64,000 nucleotides of DNA, taken from positions 17,689 to 81,688 of the forward strand of contig JBGAIN010000004.1 of assembly GCA_044225505.1 (NCBI GenBank). The letters run 5' to 3'. This DNA comes from Limisphaerales bacterium. GTDB taxonomy: Bacteria; Verrucomicrobiota; Verrucomicrobiia; Limisphaerales; SIBE01. The position numbers were made by a program, and so were the translations under genes. Below are positions 27,534 through 37,231 of the stretch, in pieces. Below the pieces are notes generated by a model. That model made no database searches, was not told the origin of the DNA, and saw only the letters and a list, made by a program, of their open reading frames with translations. Numbering within the stretch: position 1 is the first letter of the stretch; each line of letters opens with the position of its first letter.

Positions 27534-28064
27534 TCAAAAGCAACGGAATTTCAGTACCCCTACGCCGTTACGGCTAACTGCCACTTCCATCCGCAACGGC
27601 ACACCCGTTCGACGCTCATCCTCCAATTCCTGCGCTCTTCCCTGTTCCATAAAGTAAGCCTCCAGCCCGAATCGCACCCGTCGGGCATCGCTCCACCCGA
27701 TCCCAGAGTCGAGCCGCCCCCGCAGAAAGAGGCCTTCTCTCGGTTTGACGTCGGAAAGGCTCACCACTTCGGCCAGACCGTCCGGCCCCACCTGTAACCC
27801 CGCATAGACCAGAGTTTGGGGAAAGCGCGCCTCGGGGTTTTGTGGCGAATTGGTTAAACCACCGCGCCACAGAGCGCGTGGAACACGGGCCGCTTCGTAT
27901 TCCAACCGGACATAATCGCCCCGCATCACATCGCGAGGATCAAGCGGAGCCGTCCGCAGCCAAACCGTCCGGCCCAGATGCAAGATCCACTCGCGTTCTC
28001 CTGCCAAATAACCAAGCGCCAGGAATTGCAGGACCGCCGCCGCAAGGACCCAAGGTCGCTTCAT
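27534..28064 (-). CDS. GDYXXLXY domain-containing protein
   Basis: 176-aa ORF with an N-terminal TM segment and the eponymous motif RGDYVRLEY. Its ATG overlaps the upstream stop (ATGA at 28061-28064). Confidence 0.8.
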   Translation of the reverse strand: MKRPWVLAAAVLQFLALGYLAGEREWILHLGRTVWLRTAPLDPRDVMRGDYVRLEYEAARVPRALWRGGLTNSPQNPEARFPQTLVYAGLQVGPDGLAEVVSLSDVKPREGLFLRGRLDSGIGWSDARRVRFGLEAYFMEQGRAQELEDERRTGVPLRMEVAVSRNGVGVLKFRCF

Positions 28065-29404
28065 CGTGTTGCCTCCTGACCCGCCCGTTCGCGCGCGCGT
28101 CGGTAAAAAAAGCCTTCGGCAAACAGCACTCCTCCGACGGCGAGGAAGAACACTCCTCGCAAAGCCAAGCTTTCTAACAGGTCAAAGAATCTCGCGGTCA
28201 TCAACGCGACGAGGAGCGTCGACCCCAGCACGACGGTCCGAATCTCTCCCTCGCGGCATCCACGAACCATCCACATCACAGCGATGGCCAAGAAAATCAG
28301 ATTGAAAATGGCCGCTAGCAGGACCTCGTTCGCCTCCACAAGGCCGGGCTGAATGACGGGGAGGCCAACTGCCAGGGTCTGACACAACACAGCCGTCATC
28401 GGCAGCAACCAACGTTCGCCTCGCGCCGATGTCCAATCTCGGGTCAACCGCGCTCGTCCCGCGACCCAGGCCCACACCGCTCCCATGAGAACAAACGGGC
28501 CCCATCCATATGCCGATCGTAACCAATCGAAGCGACTCGTCGAAATGCTATCGAACCACCCCAAAGCGTGCTTCACCATCGGATGGAAAGTTAATAGGTA
28601 GGTCACCACCAAAAACCCAGTCCAGCCGAAGAAGTTCAGAACTGCAGCGCTTTCGGGAAATCGTCGGCCGTCCTCCACCAGGATCGCTAGTCCAACGAGA
28701 AGCACTGCCGTATGGATCGCAGTCGGGAATGCCAACGTGTGATGGCTCTCCACCGCATTCACCACCAGCAAGAAATTCAATCCGGCCAGCGCGACGCCGA
28801 GTAACAGTGTAGATCTCACTCGCACCGCAAGTCCTCCGACCGCACCGGCGAGCAAGAGCGGGCCCCAATGCACTGCTCGGTCAAAGCCCAAGGCTTCGCA
28901 TCCACCCCAAATCGCAAGTAGCAAGGCGGCCAGCAGTCCATGAGCAACGGAAGGGGTCGCCCAAGCCATCGCCAACGCGCCCAGGGACCAGAGGAGAAAC
29001 CCATTCGGGTAGTGCTCGTCTATATGATAGATTTGTGCCACGAGCCAGATTCCCGCCCCGAACAGCATGGTTCCGAGAACACTCAAGGCCTCGCCCAACT
29101 GCCGTCGCCAATCGTCCCTCCGAGAGAGCCACCAACCACTTCCATGAACTCCGACGATCGCTCCGAAGATCAATCCGAGTTTTCCCATCTTGGGTATTGC
29201 CTGCCAATTGTAGGCGAAAAGCAGAATAACCCCGAAACCAATGATCACGGCACCGATCCCTGAAAAGATCAGCATGGCCCATGGCAGGCTTTTGGCAGGC
29301 GCCGGATAGAGTTGCCGGATTCGATCGGCCTGAAGCGGCGTTACCACACCTTGGGTTTCCCAAGAAGGCAACTGGTCATGGAGCCAGCGAACGTGGTTCT
29401 TCAT
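28061..29404 (-). CDS. Polytopic membrane protein, DUF2157/DUF4401-like
   Basis: ORF 28061..29455; the likely ATG is at 29404 (MKNHVRWLHDQLPSWETQGVVTPLQADRIRQLY, a typical DUF2157 N-terminus). More than 10 hydrophobic segments. Pairing with a GDYXXLXY gene is a recurrent arrangement. Confidence 0.65.
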   Translation of the reverse strand: MKNHVRWLHDQLPSWETQGVVTPLQADRIRQLYPAPAKSLPWAMLIFSGIGAVIIGFGVILLFAYNWQAIPKMGKLGLIFGAIVGVHGSGWWLSRRDDWRRQLGEALSVLGTMLFGAGIWLVAQIYHIDEHYPNGFLLWSLGALAMAWATPSVAHGLLAALLLAIWGGCEALGFDRAVHWGPLLLAGAVGGLAVRVRSTLLLGVALAGLNFLLVVNAVESHHTLAFPTAIHTAVLLVGLAILVEDGRRFPESAAVLNFFGWTGFLVVTYLLTFHPMVKHALGWFDSISTSRFDWLRSAYGWGPFVLMGAVWAWVAGRARLTRDWTSARGERWLLPMTAVLCQTLAVGLPVIQPGLVEANEVLLAAIFNLIFLAIAVMWMVRGCREGEIRTVVLGSTLLVALMTARFFDLLESLALRGVFFLAVGGVLFAEGFFYRRARERAGQEATR

Positions 29405-29521
29405 CAGAGCTGAACAGCAGCGCGATTGAGACGCCCGGCGAGGGCGCAACAACAATTTGGACCAGTCCAGTCCTACGGCCGACCTTCGCGAGAAGCAAGT
29501 CCCAACGACTTGGATGAAGTC

Positions 29522-29540
29522 GAACCGGCCGCGCCGGTTC
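29522..29540. promoter_or_regulatory. Perfect 8-3-8 palindrome in a divergent promoter region (possible operator)
   Basis: GAACCGGC-CGC-GCCGGTTC lies between the divergently oriented DUF2157 gene (start 29404) and the flavoprotein gene (start 29602). Confidence 0.2.
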
Positions 29541-29601
29541 AGAAAAGCTCGAAGTTAAGGTTCCGAGGGACATTCCCGACTCTCCCTGCTACGATCTTGG
29601 A

Positions 29602-30837
29602 ATGCGCGACCGGCGAGTTGTGATTGTCGGAGGTGGTGCGGCCGGATTCTTTGCCGCGATCACTTGCGCAGAACTTTGTCCTAGCGCTAAGGTCATCATA
29701 CTTGAAAAAGGGCCCCAATTCCTCTCCAAGGTTCGGATATCGGGAGGCGGCCGATGCAACCTGACTCATGCTTGCTTTGATCCGAAAGACCTTAGCACTT
29801 TCTATCCGCGGGGACGCGCCGCTTTACTCGGACCGTTCCACCGATTCCAAGCCCAAGACACGATGGCCTGGTTCGAGGCGCGAGGGGTTGAGTTAAAGGT
29901 AGAAAAGGACGGACGTGTCTTTCCCGTCTCGGATTCATCGCAGACCATCGTCGACTGCCTGATTCAAGCGGCCAAGTCCGCTGGCGTTGAACTTCAATGT
30001 CGTCAGAACGTCGCTGGAATTGTCTCGCAAAGCCTCCAAGGTTTCGAACTTCAATTGCAGGATGGACTGCGTCTGCCGTGTGACAAACTCATGCTGGCCA
30101 CGGGCGGGTGTCGAGCGGCCAGCGCCGGAGCTTTGGCCGCATCCCTCGGACACACCATCCAGCCGCCAGTTCCGTCGCTATTTACGTTTGAGGTCCCAGC
30201 ACCTTGGCTCCACCAAATGGCGGGTATCTCCCTTGAATCGGTGACAATTTCGGTTGCCGGGACGAGTCTACGCGAGACCGGGGCGCTCCTCGTGACACAT
30301 GCTGGCTTGAGCGGCCCGGTCATTCTCCGGATTTCAGCTTGGGGCGCTCGAATCCTTCATGAGAAGAACTATCACTTCGATCTGCGGGTGAACTGGCTCC
30401 CTCACCTGACTGCGGAACAACTGGCAGCGATGTTTCAATCCCGCCGGAGTGAGCAAGGCTCGCGAATGATTGTCAATTCGACCGTCCCGCCACTCGCCGC
30501 CCGGCTTTGGGAACGTCTCGTCGACCTGGCTGGCATTCCGCGGGAAACCCGCTGGTCAGCGCTTTCGCGGGCAGCGCAGCATCAACTGATCCAACAACTG
30601 CAGGGCACGGAGCTTTCGGTCACTGGGAAGAGCCTAAATCGCGATGAATTCGTCACGTGCGGCGGTGTAACTCTAGACGAGGTTAATTTCAAAACGATGG
30701 AAAGCCGGATCTGTCCCGGTCTTTTCTTCGGGGGTGAACTGCTGGACATCGACGCGGTGACTGGAGGGTTCAATTTCCAAGCAGCCTGGACGACGGGTTG
30801 GATCGCCGGCCACGCGATGGGCGCCCGAGAATCTTAA
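29602..30837 (+). CDS. BaiN/HI0933-family NAD(P)/FAD-dependent oxidoreductase
   Basis: 411-aa ORF. Dinucleotide-binding block VVIVGGGAAGFFAA and family signature RISGGGRCNLTH. Confidence 0.85.
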   Translation: MRDRRVVIVGGGAAGFFAAITCAELCPSAKVIILEKGPQFLSKVRISGGGRCNLTHACFDPKDLSTFYPRGRAALLGPFHRFQAQDTMAWFEARGVELKVEKDGRVFPVSDSSQTIVDCLIQAAKSAGVELQCRQNVAGIVSQSLQGFELQLQDGLRLPCDKLMLATGGCRAASAGALAASLGHTIQPPVPSLFTFEVPAPWLHQMAGISLESVTISVAGTSLRETGALLVTHAGLSGPVILRISAWGARILHEKNYHFDLRVNWLPHLTAEQLAAMFQSRRSEQGSRMIVNSTVPPLAARLWERLVDLAGIPRETRWSALSRAAQHQLIQQLQGTELSVTGKSLNRDEFVTCGGVTLDEVNFKTMESRICPGLFFGGELLDIDAVTGGFNFQAAWTTGWIAGHAMGARES

Positions 30838-32210
30838 CGCCTTGCGCTGCGCAATGCCACCAGCCCATCCGTCCAACCCGAGGGCAGTTTTAGGGCAGTC
30901 CCACCTTTACCGGGGAACGGACCACGCGACCGCCGCTTTTCACCCGTGGCGGGATTGACCCAGTTCGCTTCCCATTCGGAAGCTGGGTCCAAAGCATCTG
31001 AGCGCAACGGAACGGCCGAAGCACCGCAAAGATAGGCGATGACATTCTTCCCGTCGACCGTGCGCATGGCCACGCTACGCTGGTCATCTCTATCCGGGCT
31101 ATTGATGACAAGGGCTGAGTCTGGGACAAACTCCCACCAACCCACCTCGGCCAGGAACTGGGTAATCTGCCGAAGGCTCTCAGCGCCCGACGAACGGACC
31201 GCTTCCTTCCAAGGCTGCGTGCTTTCCGCTTTAAAACTATCGAAATGCCAAACATTCCCATTGCCGTAGGTGTGATACCCACCGGCGAAATACGACCAAC
31301 ACGCTTGCTTCCGGGTGACTAAGCGATCGATCGGCTTGGTTGGATATTGCGGACCGTCTTCATATGCCCCTTCGCCCAAACCGCAGGGCTTGGCAGGAAC
31401 TCGCTGATAATCCTTTTGGACAGAAGCGTAGATTTGGGAATATTCGCTCCAGGTCTGCGCCATATTAAAGTCCAACCACGGGGCTTCATGCCATATTTGT
31501 CCAGATGAAGCGCCACTATTGATGTGATAGGTCATTAAAACCCGCGAGTAATCCTCTTGGCCTGATACTCCTTCGCAAATGCCTTTCGCGACGAGATTCC
31601 ACACACGCTTCTTCTCGGTCGTGTCCGGGGTATTATCTCCGCCTAAGACCCAAATCAACTCAGGACGGCCACCATACCTTTCGCCGAGGAACCGGCCATA
31701 GCCGTACGCTTTCTCAGAAGTTAAATATTTGTAGCCTTCGCCCCCGGACCCAACAAAATCCGCCACCAAAGCCGCGCGCAGCCCATGCGCGTGGATTCGG
31801 TCCAGCACGTAGTCCAGGTGATCCCAGTAATCATACTGCGCCGGATCGCTCGGATCTTGTCCGGGTGTGACCTGGGGTTGCGCCATATCTCCGTTCACAA
31901 AGGGAACCGCCTCCCGCGACGTCGGACGCAGCGTGCCCCAGACTCGTTCTTCCGCCATCACCGCGGTAAGTTGAATGACAGTGAACCCTTGCGCCGCGCG
32001 AGTGGCGACGTAAATTTCCACGTCATCGCGCGACGGCACCTGGGCTAACAGCCACGCGGTGTCGCCCAGCCAAAGAAATGGCTTCCCGTTGACGGTTACA
32101 TACCGGCCGGAAGCGGCCACGGCAAACTCCCCTGCCCCGGCCGAAATGGTTCCGACCAGAAAGATTAACAGCAAGGCTCCGAGAATGCGTTGTCGGAAGG
32201 CTAGGCGCAT
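30834..32210 (-). CDS. Secreted GH140-like glycoside hydrolase (DUF4038), paralog of 18808..20136
   Basis: 458-aa ORF with a signal peptide. SGRYVTVNGKPFLWLGDTAWLL and GFTVIQLTAV blocks. Confidence 0.7.
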   Translation of the reverse strand: MRLAFRQRILGALLLIFLVGTISAGAGEFAVAASGRYVTVNGKPFLWLGDTAWLLAQVPSRDDVEIYVATRAAQGFTVIQLTAVMAEERVWGTLRPTSREAVPFVNGDMAQPQVTPGQDPSDPAQYDYWDHLDYVLDRIHAHGLRAALVADFVGSGGEGYKYLTSEKAYGYGRFLGERYGGRPELIWVLGGDNTPDTTEKKRVWNLVAKGICEGVSGQEDYSRVLMTYHINSGASSGQIWHEAPWLDFNMAQTWSEYSQIYASVQKDYQRVPAKPCGLGEGAYEDGPQYPTKPIDRLVTRKQACWSYFAGGYHTYGNGNVWHFDSFKAESTQPWKEAVRSSGAESLRQITQFLAEVGWWEFVPDSALVINSPDRDDQRSVAMRTVDGKNVIAYLCGASAVPLRSDALDPASEWEANWVNPATGEKRRSRGPFPGKGGTALKLPSGWTDGLVALRSARR

Positions 32211-32247
32211 ACAGAGTCGCGAAGAAACACCTTTGGTCTGGGTCAGT

Positions 32248-33417
32248 CTATTGCTCCAGTTCGACCTTCGAGATCGGTCCCTTCACTCCGAACTGATTGA
32301 CGGTCCGCGCCTCCAGTCGGTTGATCCCTGCATGGATTGACCATGGCACATCCGCGCTCGAAGTCTTCCACGCACCACCGTCGATACTGGTTTCAAAAGT
32401 CATCAGATTCGGCGTCATGGTCGCCAGTTTAACCCGAAGACCGTCTCCAGATGCCTGAAGCTGGATGGCTGCTTGGTGGACAGGAAAATAGGGCTCCGTC
32501 CTTGGATTCGACGGGATCGTCCGCCGGTGCCATCGAGTTCCAGCGCAGAGTTCATCCTGGACAATGAACATCTGCCCGTAGTCCAACCCGGCATCCATGA
32601 AATTCGTATTTGGGATATATCCAATAAACCCGTATTTATCCAACTCGTCCGCCGGCACAGTGAGGTCTCCGAACCCGTCGAATCGCGCGAGGAAGATCGG
32701 CAAATCCGCTTTCCGGTAACGTCGGTGTTCTTTCCCAATGACAAAGGTCAGGTTAGTGCCCTGATGCCGAAACCATTCGTCGCGGATTTCGTAAGCATTC
32801 AAGGGCGTACCGTTCCGTTCGATGAACATATTCGCCGTCGGATCGAGCATGATCCATTTCCGGAATTGGTTCGACCAAATCTCCGTCGTGGAATGTTCGG
32901 TCGACCCTCCTTCTGGGCGGTCTTGATGCCGGCGCAAGGCCAACTCGCGATCGACCCAACCTAAGCTAGCCGCGGCCGAGACGAAGACTTGGGCGAACTG
33001 GGCACAATGGAACTGGTGGCCTTCGTGGATGGCTTGCAGTATCGCAAGAGCCCCTTTCACCTCCGCCGAGGGATGTCCAAAACGCTTGAATTGGTGATGC
33101 GCCCAATCGAGCAGGAAGGTCTGTCGTTCAAACTCGTCTTTGCCCGAGGCCACGACCGCCTCCAACTCGTAACGTTCGCGCAGTTCTTTCAGCTTTGGGT
33201 TCGTGAATGAGTCGAAATGGAAGCGGCGGGTATATTCATTCTGGATCAACCGGTCGGTCTCCAGCCGTTGCACTCGTGCCGCCCCGCTGGGCAGTGACAA
33301 CACGTCACCAACTCGGATTTCAGGTTCGGCGAGCTGCCCCGAATCGCCCTGCGCCAGGAGAATGGCTTCCGTCAAGGCCAGCCCCATGCTCACGGCGATT
33401 TTGGATAGAGTGATCAT
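32248..33417 (-). CDS. Transglutaminase-like (papain-fold) domain protein with a C-terminal beta-sandwich
   Basis: 389-aa ORF with an N-terminal hydrophobic segment. Candidate Cys-His-Asp arrangement: HCAQFAQVFVSAAASLGW, then STEHSTTEIW, then IMLDPT. Confidence 0.5.
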   Translation of the reverse strand: MITLSKIAVSMGLALTEAILLAQGDSGQLAEPEIRVGDVLSLPSGAARVQRLETDRLIQNEYTRRFHFDSFTNPKLKELRERYELEAVVASGKDEFERQTFLLDWAHHQFKRFGHPSAEVKGALAILQAIHEGHQFHCAQFAQVFVSAAASLGWVDRELALRRHQDRPEGGSTEHSTTEIWSNQFRKWIMLDPTANMFIERNGTPLNAYEIRDEWFRHQGTNLTFVIGKEHRRYRKADLPIFLARFDGFGDLTVPADELDKYGFIGYIPNTNFMDAGLDYGQMFIVQDELCAGTRWHRRTIPSNPRTEPYFPVHQAAIQLQASGDGLRVKLATMTPNLMTFETSIDGGAWKTSSADVPWSIHAGINRLEARTVNQFGVKGPISKVELEQ

Positions 33418-33532
33418 GCGATCCTAGGCTTAATCCAAAAAGTTGCCGGGTCAATAGCGACGCCGCGAGACAAAGCCTCGGCCGTCCTTCACTCTCGGCC
33501 GCGGCGGATTACACCCCGCCCCGCCATCGATC

Positions 33533-35011
33533 TCACTCCGCCTCGAATTGAAGAATGTGGCACCCCCACGCCCCTAAAGCGACGTGCAGGCCGAAGTCGC
33601 TCAAGTCTTGCCCCGACCGCTTCCAAACGAACCCTTCCAAAAGATCCGTCAAACGCCAGTTCTTGCCCGCGACCGCCACACCCGCGAACTGAACTTGCCC
33701 CTGGGCGGGCGCCGAACCAAAGTTCACGACGGTTAACCATTTGGGTCCGTCCTCGATCCAGAACCAAGCGATCAATTCGCGAGCGGTCGAATTATCGGTC
33801 CATCCGATCACATCGCACAGCATCCACTTACCCGTTTGGAAAGGAGTCGTGCTTAGAACCGACGCTAAACGCAAAAGCCGGTTTTCCACGGTGGCGTCAA
33901 TCCGTTCCTCAGGGCGGCTGGCTAAATGGATCGGTGTCTTCAGCTTTCGGCCTTCAAGCTGGCCGTCATGCAGTAGACGAATTCCCGGCAGCGTCATCCA
34001 TATTGCGGCAGCGGCCATTCCTTTCGCTCCGGGAAACATGCTGGCCGCGCGAGGTTCATCATGGTTTTCCAGGAAGCGGACGAGCTGATCTTGAATCGCC
34101 GGGAACCGAGCCAGGTGTTTACGGATAGATTCCGCTGAGCCGCGCACGAGTTCATCGTATAGCCCCTTGTCATAGCAAGCATCAAACCCCTGCTCGAGCA
34201 GGGCAAGTTCACGATCCCAGTAGGCCTCCGCCATGAAGAGGAACTCGGGATGGGAGTTTCGGAGCGGCGGGATAATCTCTGGCCAATAATCCATTTCCGG
34301 CACGACGCCGGCGCGCTTGGCCCAGGTTTTGGCAAAAATATCGTTCATGACTAGCATCGCCATGTCACAGCGAACTCCATCACATTGTTCAGCGATTTGT
34401 TGGAGCTCAAGAACCGCCGCGCGCCGGACGTCACGGTGAAAAACATTGATCTGCAAGACGTCGGACCAAGGAGGAAAGTAGGGATCACGTCCGCGCGCGA
34501 ACACGTGGCCATCCACCAGCGCAAACGCATCGCGTTGCCGTTTGAGTTCGGCTGTTGTTCCGCGAAGTAGCCAGTCCGGATGTGCCGAAACCCACGGATG
34601 ATCCGGGGCCAGATGATTCGGGACAAAATCCAGCAAAAGCCGAATGCCACGCCGCTCTAACGCCCGCCGCGCCGCCGCCAAGGCGTCGGGTCCGCCGAAG
34701 AACGGATCAACCATGTAACGCCGGACACAATAGGGCGACCCCATCACATCGCTAACCGTTACCGCACCCACTTGGTCGCGCAACTCCTTGAGCAAATGCC
34801 CGCTCTCCAACGCCAGGCGGCGCCCCTCGGGGCTGCGCTCCCAAACGCCCATAAGCCATACCGCGCTCACACGCATCCGCGCGAATTGATCCCACGCTTC
34901 CTCGGGCAGATCGGCCAAAGACAGCGGCCGACCTGCCGTTCGGCTCCAGTCACGCAGCCAAGCAGCCGTGTTGACTTCATAAACGATCGATTGGCGCAAC
35001 CAGTTGGACAT
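33533..35011 (-). CDS. GH13 alpha-amylase-family enzyme
   Basis: ORF 33533..35074; the likely start is ATG 35011 (MSNWLRQSIVYEVN). GH13 conserved regions: I LLLDFVPNH, II GVRCDMAMLV, III FLFMAEAYW, IV FLENHDEPR. Confidence 0.85.
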   Translation of the reverse strand: MSNWLRQSIVYEVNTAAWLRDWSRTAGRPLSLADLPEEAWDQFARMRVSAVWLMGVWERSPEGRRLALESGHLLKELRDQVGAVTVSDVMGSPYCVRRYMVDPFFGGPDALAAARRALERRGIRLLLDFVPNHLAPDHPWVSAHPDWLLRGTTAELKRQRDAFALVDGHVFARGRDPYFPPWSDVLQINVFHRDVRRAAVLELQQIAEQCDGVRCDMAMLVMNDIFAKTWAKRAGVVPEMDYWPEIIPPLRNSHPEFLFMAEAYWDRELALLEQGFDACYDKGLYDELVRGSAESIRKHLARFPAIQDQLVRFLENHDEPRAASMFPGAKGMAAAAIWMTLPGIRLLHDGQLEGRKLKTPIHLASRPEERIDATVENRLLRLASVLSTTPFQTGKWMLCDVIGWTDNSTARELIAWFWIEDGPKWLTVVNFGSAPAQGQVQFAGVAVAGKNWRLTDLLEGFVWKRSGQDLSDFGLHVALGAWGCHILQFEAE

Positions 35012-35144
35012 TCTCGTGCGAGAATAGAACGCATTTCTGGACGAGATACCAGCGTGCTCTCGTTCGCGGGACATCCAGATCCGAGACGATCTTCCGCAGT
35101 GAAAGACGCTCGCCGCCAGTTCGGCGCCCTGTCACACTGCGCCG

Positions 35145-37175
35145 GTGATGTCTATGACGTGCTCCCTCGCTGGTCGGCTATTGATGGCACCTCGCTCCTG
35201 CGCTCGATTTTTACGCAGCTTTGTCTGTCTCGGGATTATCGCATCATCTTGGATTCACTCCATCGGCGCCCAGACCGCTGGCCAAGACACGGTCAGGCGC
35301 ATCGCCGCCAGGCCCCAACGCACTCTCTACGTCTCCAAACTCGGGGACAATTCCGACGGGTCAACCTGGATCAAAGCGTTTCAGACGATTCAAGCAGCGC
35401 TCTCCGCGATACCCGACAACCGAGGGGGTTATCGGATTGTCGTCAGGCCGGACTCTTACATGGAAGCAAACTTGTTTCCTGCCAAACGCGGCGCGCCCGG
35501 GGCTTACAACGAGCTGATCGGAGACTGGGATGGTTCTCTGGGCTCGGGCAAAACGGGTTGGGTCATTTTGGACTCGGGAGACCCCGAGAAAGGATTCAAG
35601 AGCTACGATTGGTGGAGTTCGATTCGAGCGTATAAAAAGGGGTGGTCCGCCGAACATAAGGAAGAAACCTTCTCGGCGATCGAGTGGGACCGCTGGCGAA
35701 TTCGCCATTTCTACGCCACGGGTGGTGACGCTGGATTATTCTTCGATCTGGTCGACCAAACGGAGCCCTTCAGCGTGTTAGTGGAAGACTGTTGCAGCAT
35801 TGGCCGAGCGTTTGGCGGCGGGGTGGCCAGCGTCCTGGGACGACCTGGCGAACCGAGCGTGTTCCGGCGCTGCCAGCTCTGGTGCTTGGATTGGTGGGGT
35901 GACGCTGCAGGCGCTTACGTCCGCGCTGAACACCGCGAGAGCCCCAGCTTTGCTGACGTGGTGTTCCAGGACTGTTCCCTCGTGGGACCGGACAACGCGC
36001 TGCAAGCAGGAAACCCAGGCTACAACGGATATACTCGCGTCAAGCTGGAACGTTGCCAGCTCGTGAGCCTGAATTTCTCGCAACCTCAAGGCCGTCCGAG
36101 CTCTGGCGTCATTTATAGTACGATTGATGGAAAACTTCTCAACGTCGACTTGGAGGACTGCACACTTATGGGCTGCAAAATCTTTGGAGCGGGCCAGGGC
36201 GACATCAAATACACCACACGCGGAGACGTGAAGGCTTATGTGCAGTTCCAACAGACTGTGCCAACGGGCATGCAGCGATTGGGTGCCTGGCCGGCCGACG
36301 TGTTCCAAACTCTCCTTCCGCCACCGTTGTCGAAACCTGACGGATCACAAGCGCGGGTTGACGATTCGAACCTCGGGGATCTCTGTGAAGTGGCGCCGCT
36401 GGTTTGGCAGGACAAACTGGCCTTGATGAAATGCAATCGACCGGTGAGTGGAGGGAAAGCGGAAGACTACTACTTAACCGTGCAGGAGGTCGAGATGGGT
36501 CACGAGCTGGCAAGCTTTGGCCGGGGCTACGGCCTGGCTTCGGCTTGGGTTCACCACAACGCTCTCTACGTCTTTGCTTCGCGATTTGTATCAAACGGCT
36601 GGAACGACGTGACCTTGCTAAAATCTAAAGACCTGAAATCCTGGACGGAGAAACGCGTCATACTCCAGCAGCAAGAACATCTGTTCAACAGTTCGGTTTG
36701 CGAAGGGGCCGGGCAATTCGTCATGGCTTACGAAACCGACGATCCGAAGTATCCGGCGTTCACCATTAAGTTCGCGACCTCGCCCGACTTGGAAACGTGG
36801 ACCGTGAATCCCCAGGCCATTTTTGGGACGGACCGGTATGCGGCTTGCCCGTGCCTACGTTATTCGGAGGGGTATTATTACCTTCTATACCTCGAACGTC
36901 GGACGCCGCGATGGCAGTTTGAAACTTATCTGGCACGATCGAAGGACCTGCAACACTGGGAACTGAGCGCGTCCAACCCGGTCTTGAGCCCAGGCCTCAA
37001 TGACGGCACGAACGCATCGGACCCGGATCTGGTCGAGTATCGCGGTCAGACTTACCTTTACTATAGTGTTGGCGATCAGCAGACCTGGTCGAGATTGAAA
37101 CGGGCGATTTACCCAGGCAGTTTGAATCAATTCTTCGCCCACTATTTTTCAGCGGCGCCCGTCCCGACAAAGTAA
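35145..37175 (+). CDS. Secreted protein: N-terminal right-handed beta-helix-like region fused to a C-terminal five-bladed beta-propeller glycosidase-like domain
   Basis: 676-aa ORF. The C-terminal part (KSKDLKSWTEK...FATSPDLETWT...ARSKDLQHWEL...ASDPDLVEYRGQTYLYYS) shows the repeated 'S.DL..W' blade pattern of GH43/32/117-type propellers. The exact family is not assignable by eye. Confidence 0.5.
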   Translation: MMSMTCSLAGRLLMAPRSCARFLRSFVCLGIIASSWIHSIGAQTAGQDTVRRIAARPQRTLYVSKLGDNSDGSTWIKAFQTIQAALSAIPDNRGGYRIVVRPDSYMEANLFPAKRGAPGAYNELIGDWDGSLGSGKTGWVILDSGDPEKGFKSYDWWSSIRAYKKGWSAEHKEETFSAIEWDRWRIRHFYATGGDAGLFFDLVDQTEPFSVLVEDCCSIGRAFGGGVASVLGRPGEPSVFRRCQLWCLDWWGDAAGAYVRAEHRESPSFADVVFQDCSLVGPDNALQAGNPGYNGYTRVKLERCQLVSLNFSQPQGRPSSGVIYSTIDGKLLNVDLEDCTLMGCKIFGAGQGDIKYTTRGDVKAYVQFQQTVPTGMQRLGAWPADVFQTLLPPPLSKPDGSQARVDDSNLGDLCEVAPLVWQDKLALMKCNRPVSGGKAEDYYLTVQEVEMGHELASFGRGYGLASAWVHHNALYVFASRFVSNGWNDVTLLKSKDLKSWTEKRVILQQQEHLFNSSVCEGAGQFVMAYETDDPKYPAFTIKFATSPDLETWTVNPQAIFGTDRYAACPCLRYSEGYYYLLYLERRTPRWQFETYLARSKDLQHWELSASNPVLSPGLNDGTNASDPDLVEYRGQTYLYYSVGDQQTWSRLKRAIYPGSLNQFFAHYFSAAPVPTK

Positions 37176-37231
37176 CGGCATTCACTCGAGTTTAAATCGC
37201 CAAACGCACCGCCCGCGGCGCCGCAGCCCGC

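Noticed and set aside
30834-30837. Convergent genes share a palindromic TTAA that contains both stop codons
   Set aside because: It is real, but it is a trivial consequence of tight convergent packing. No hairpin or regulatory implication is visible.
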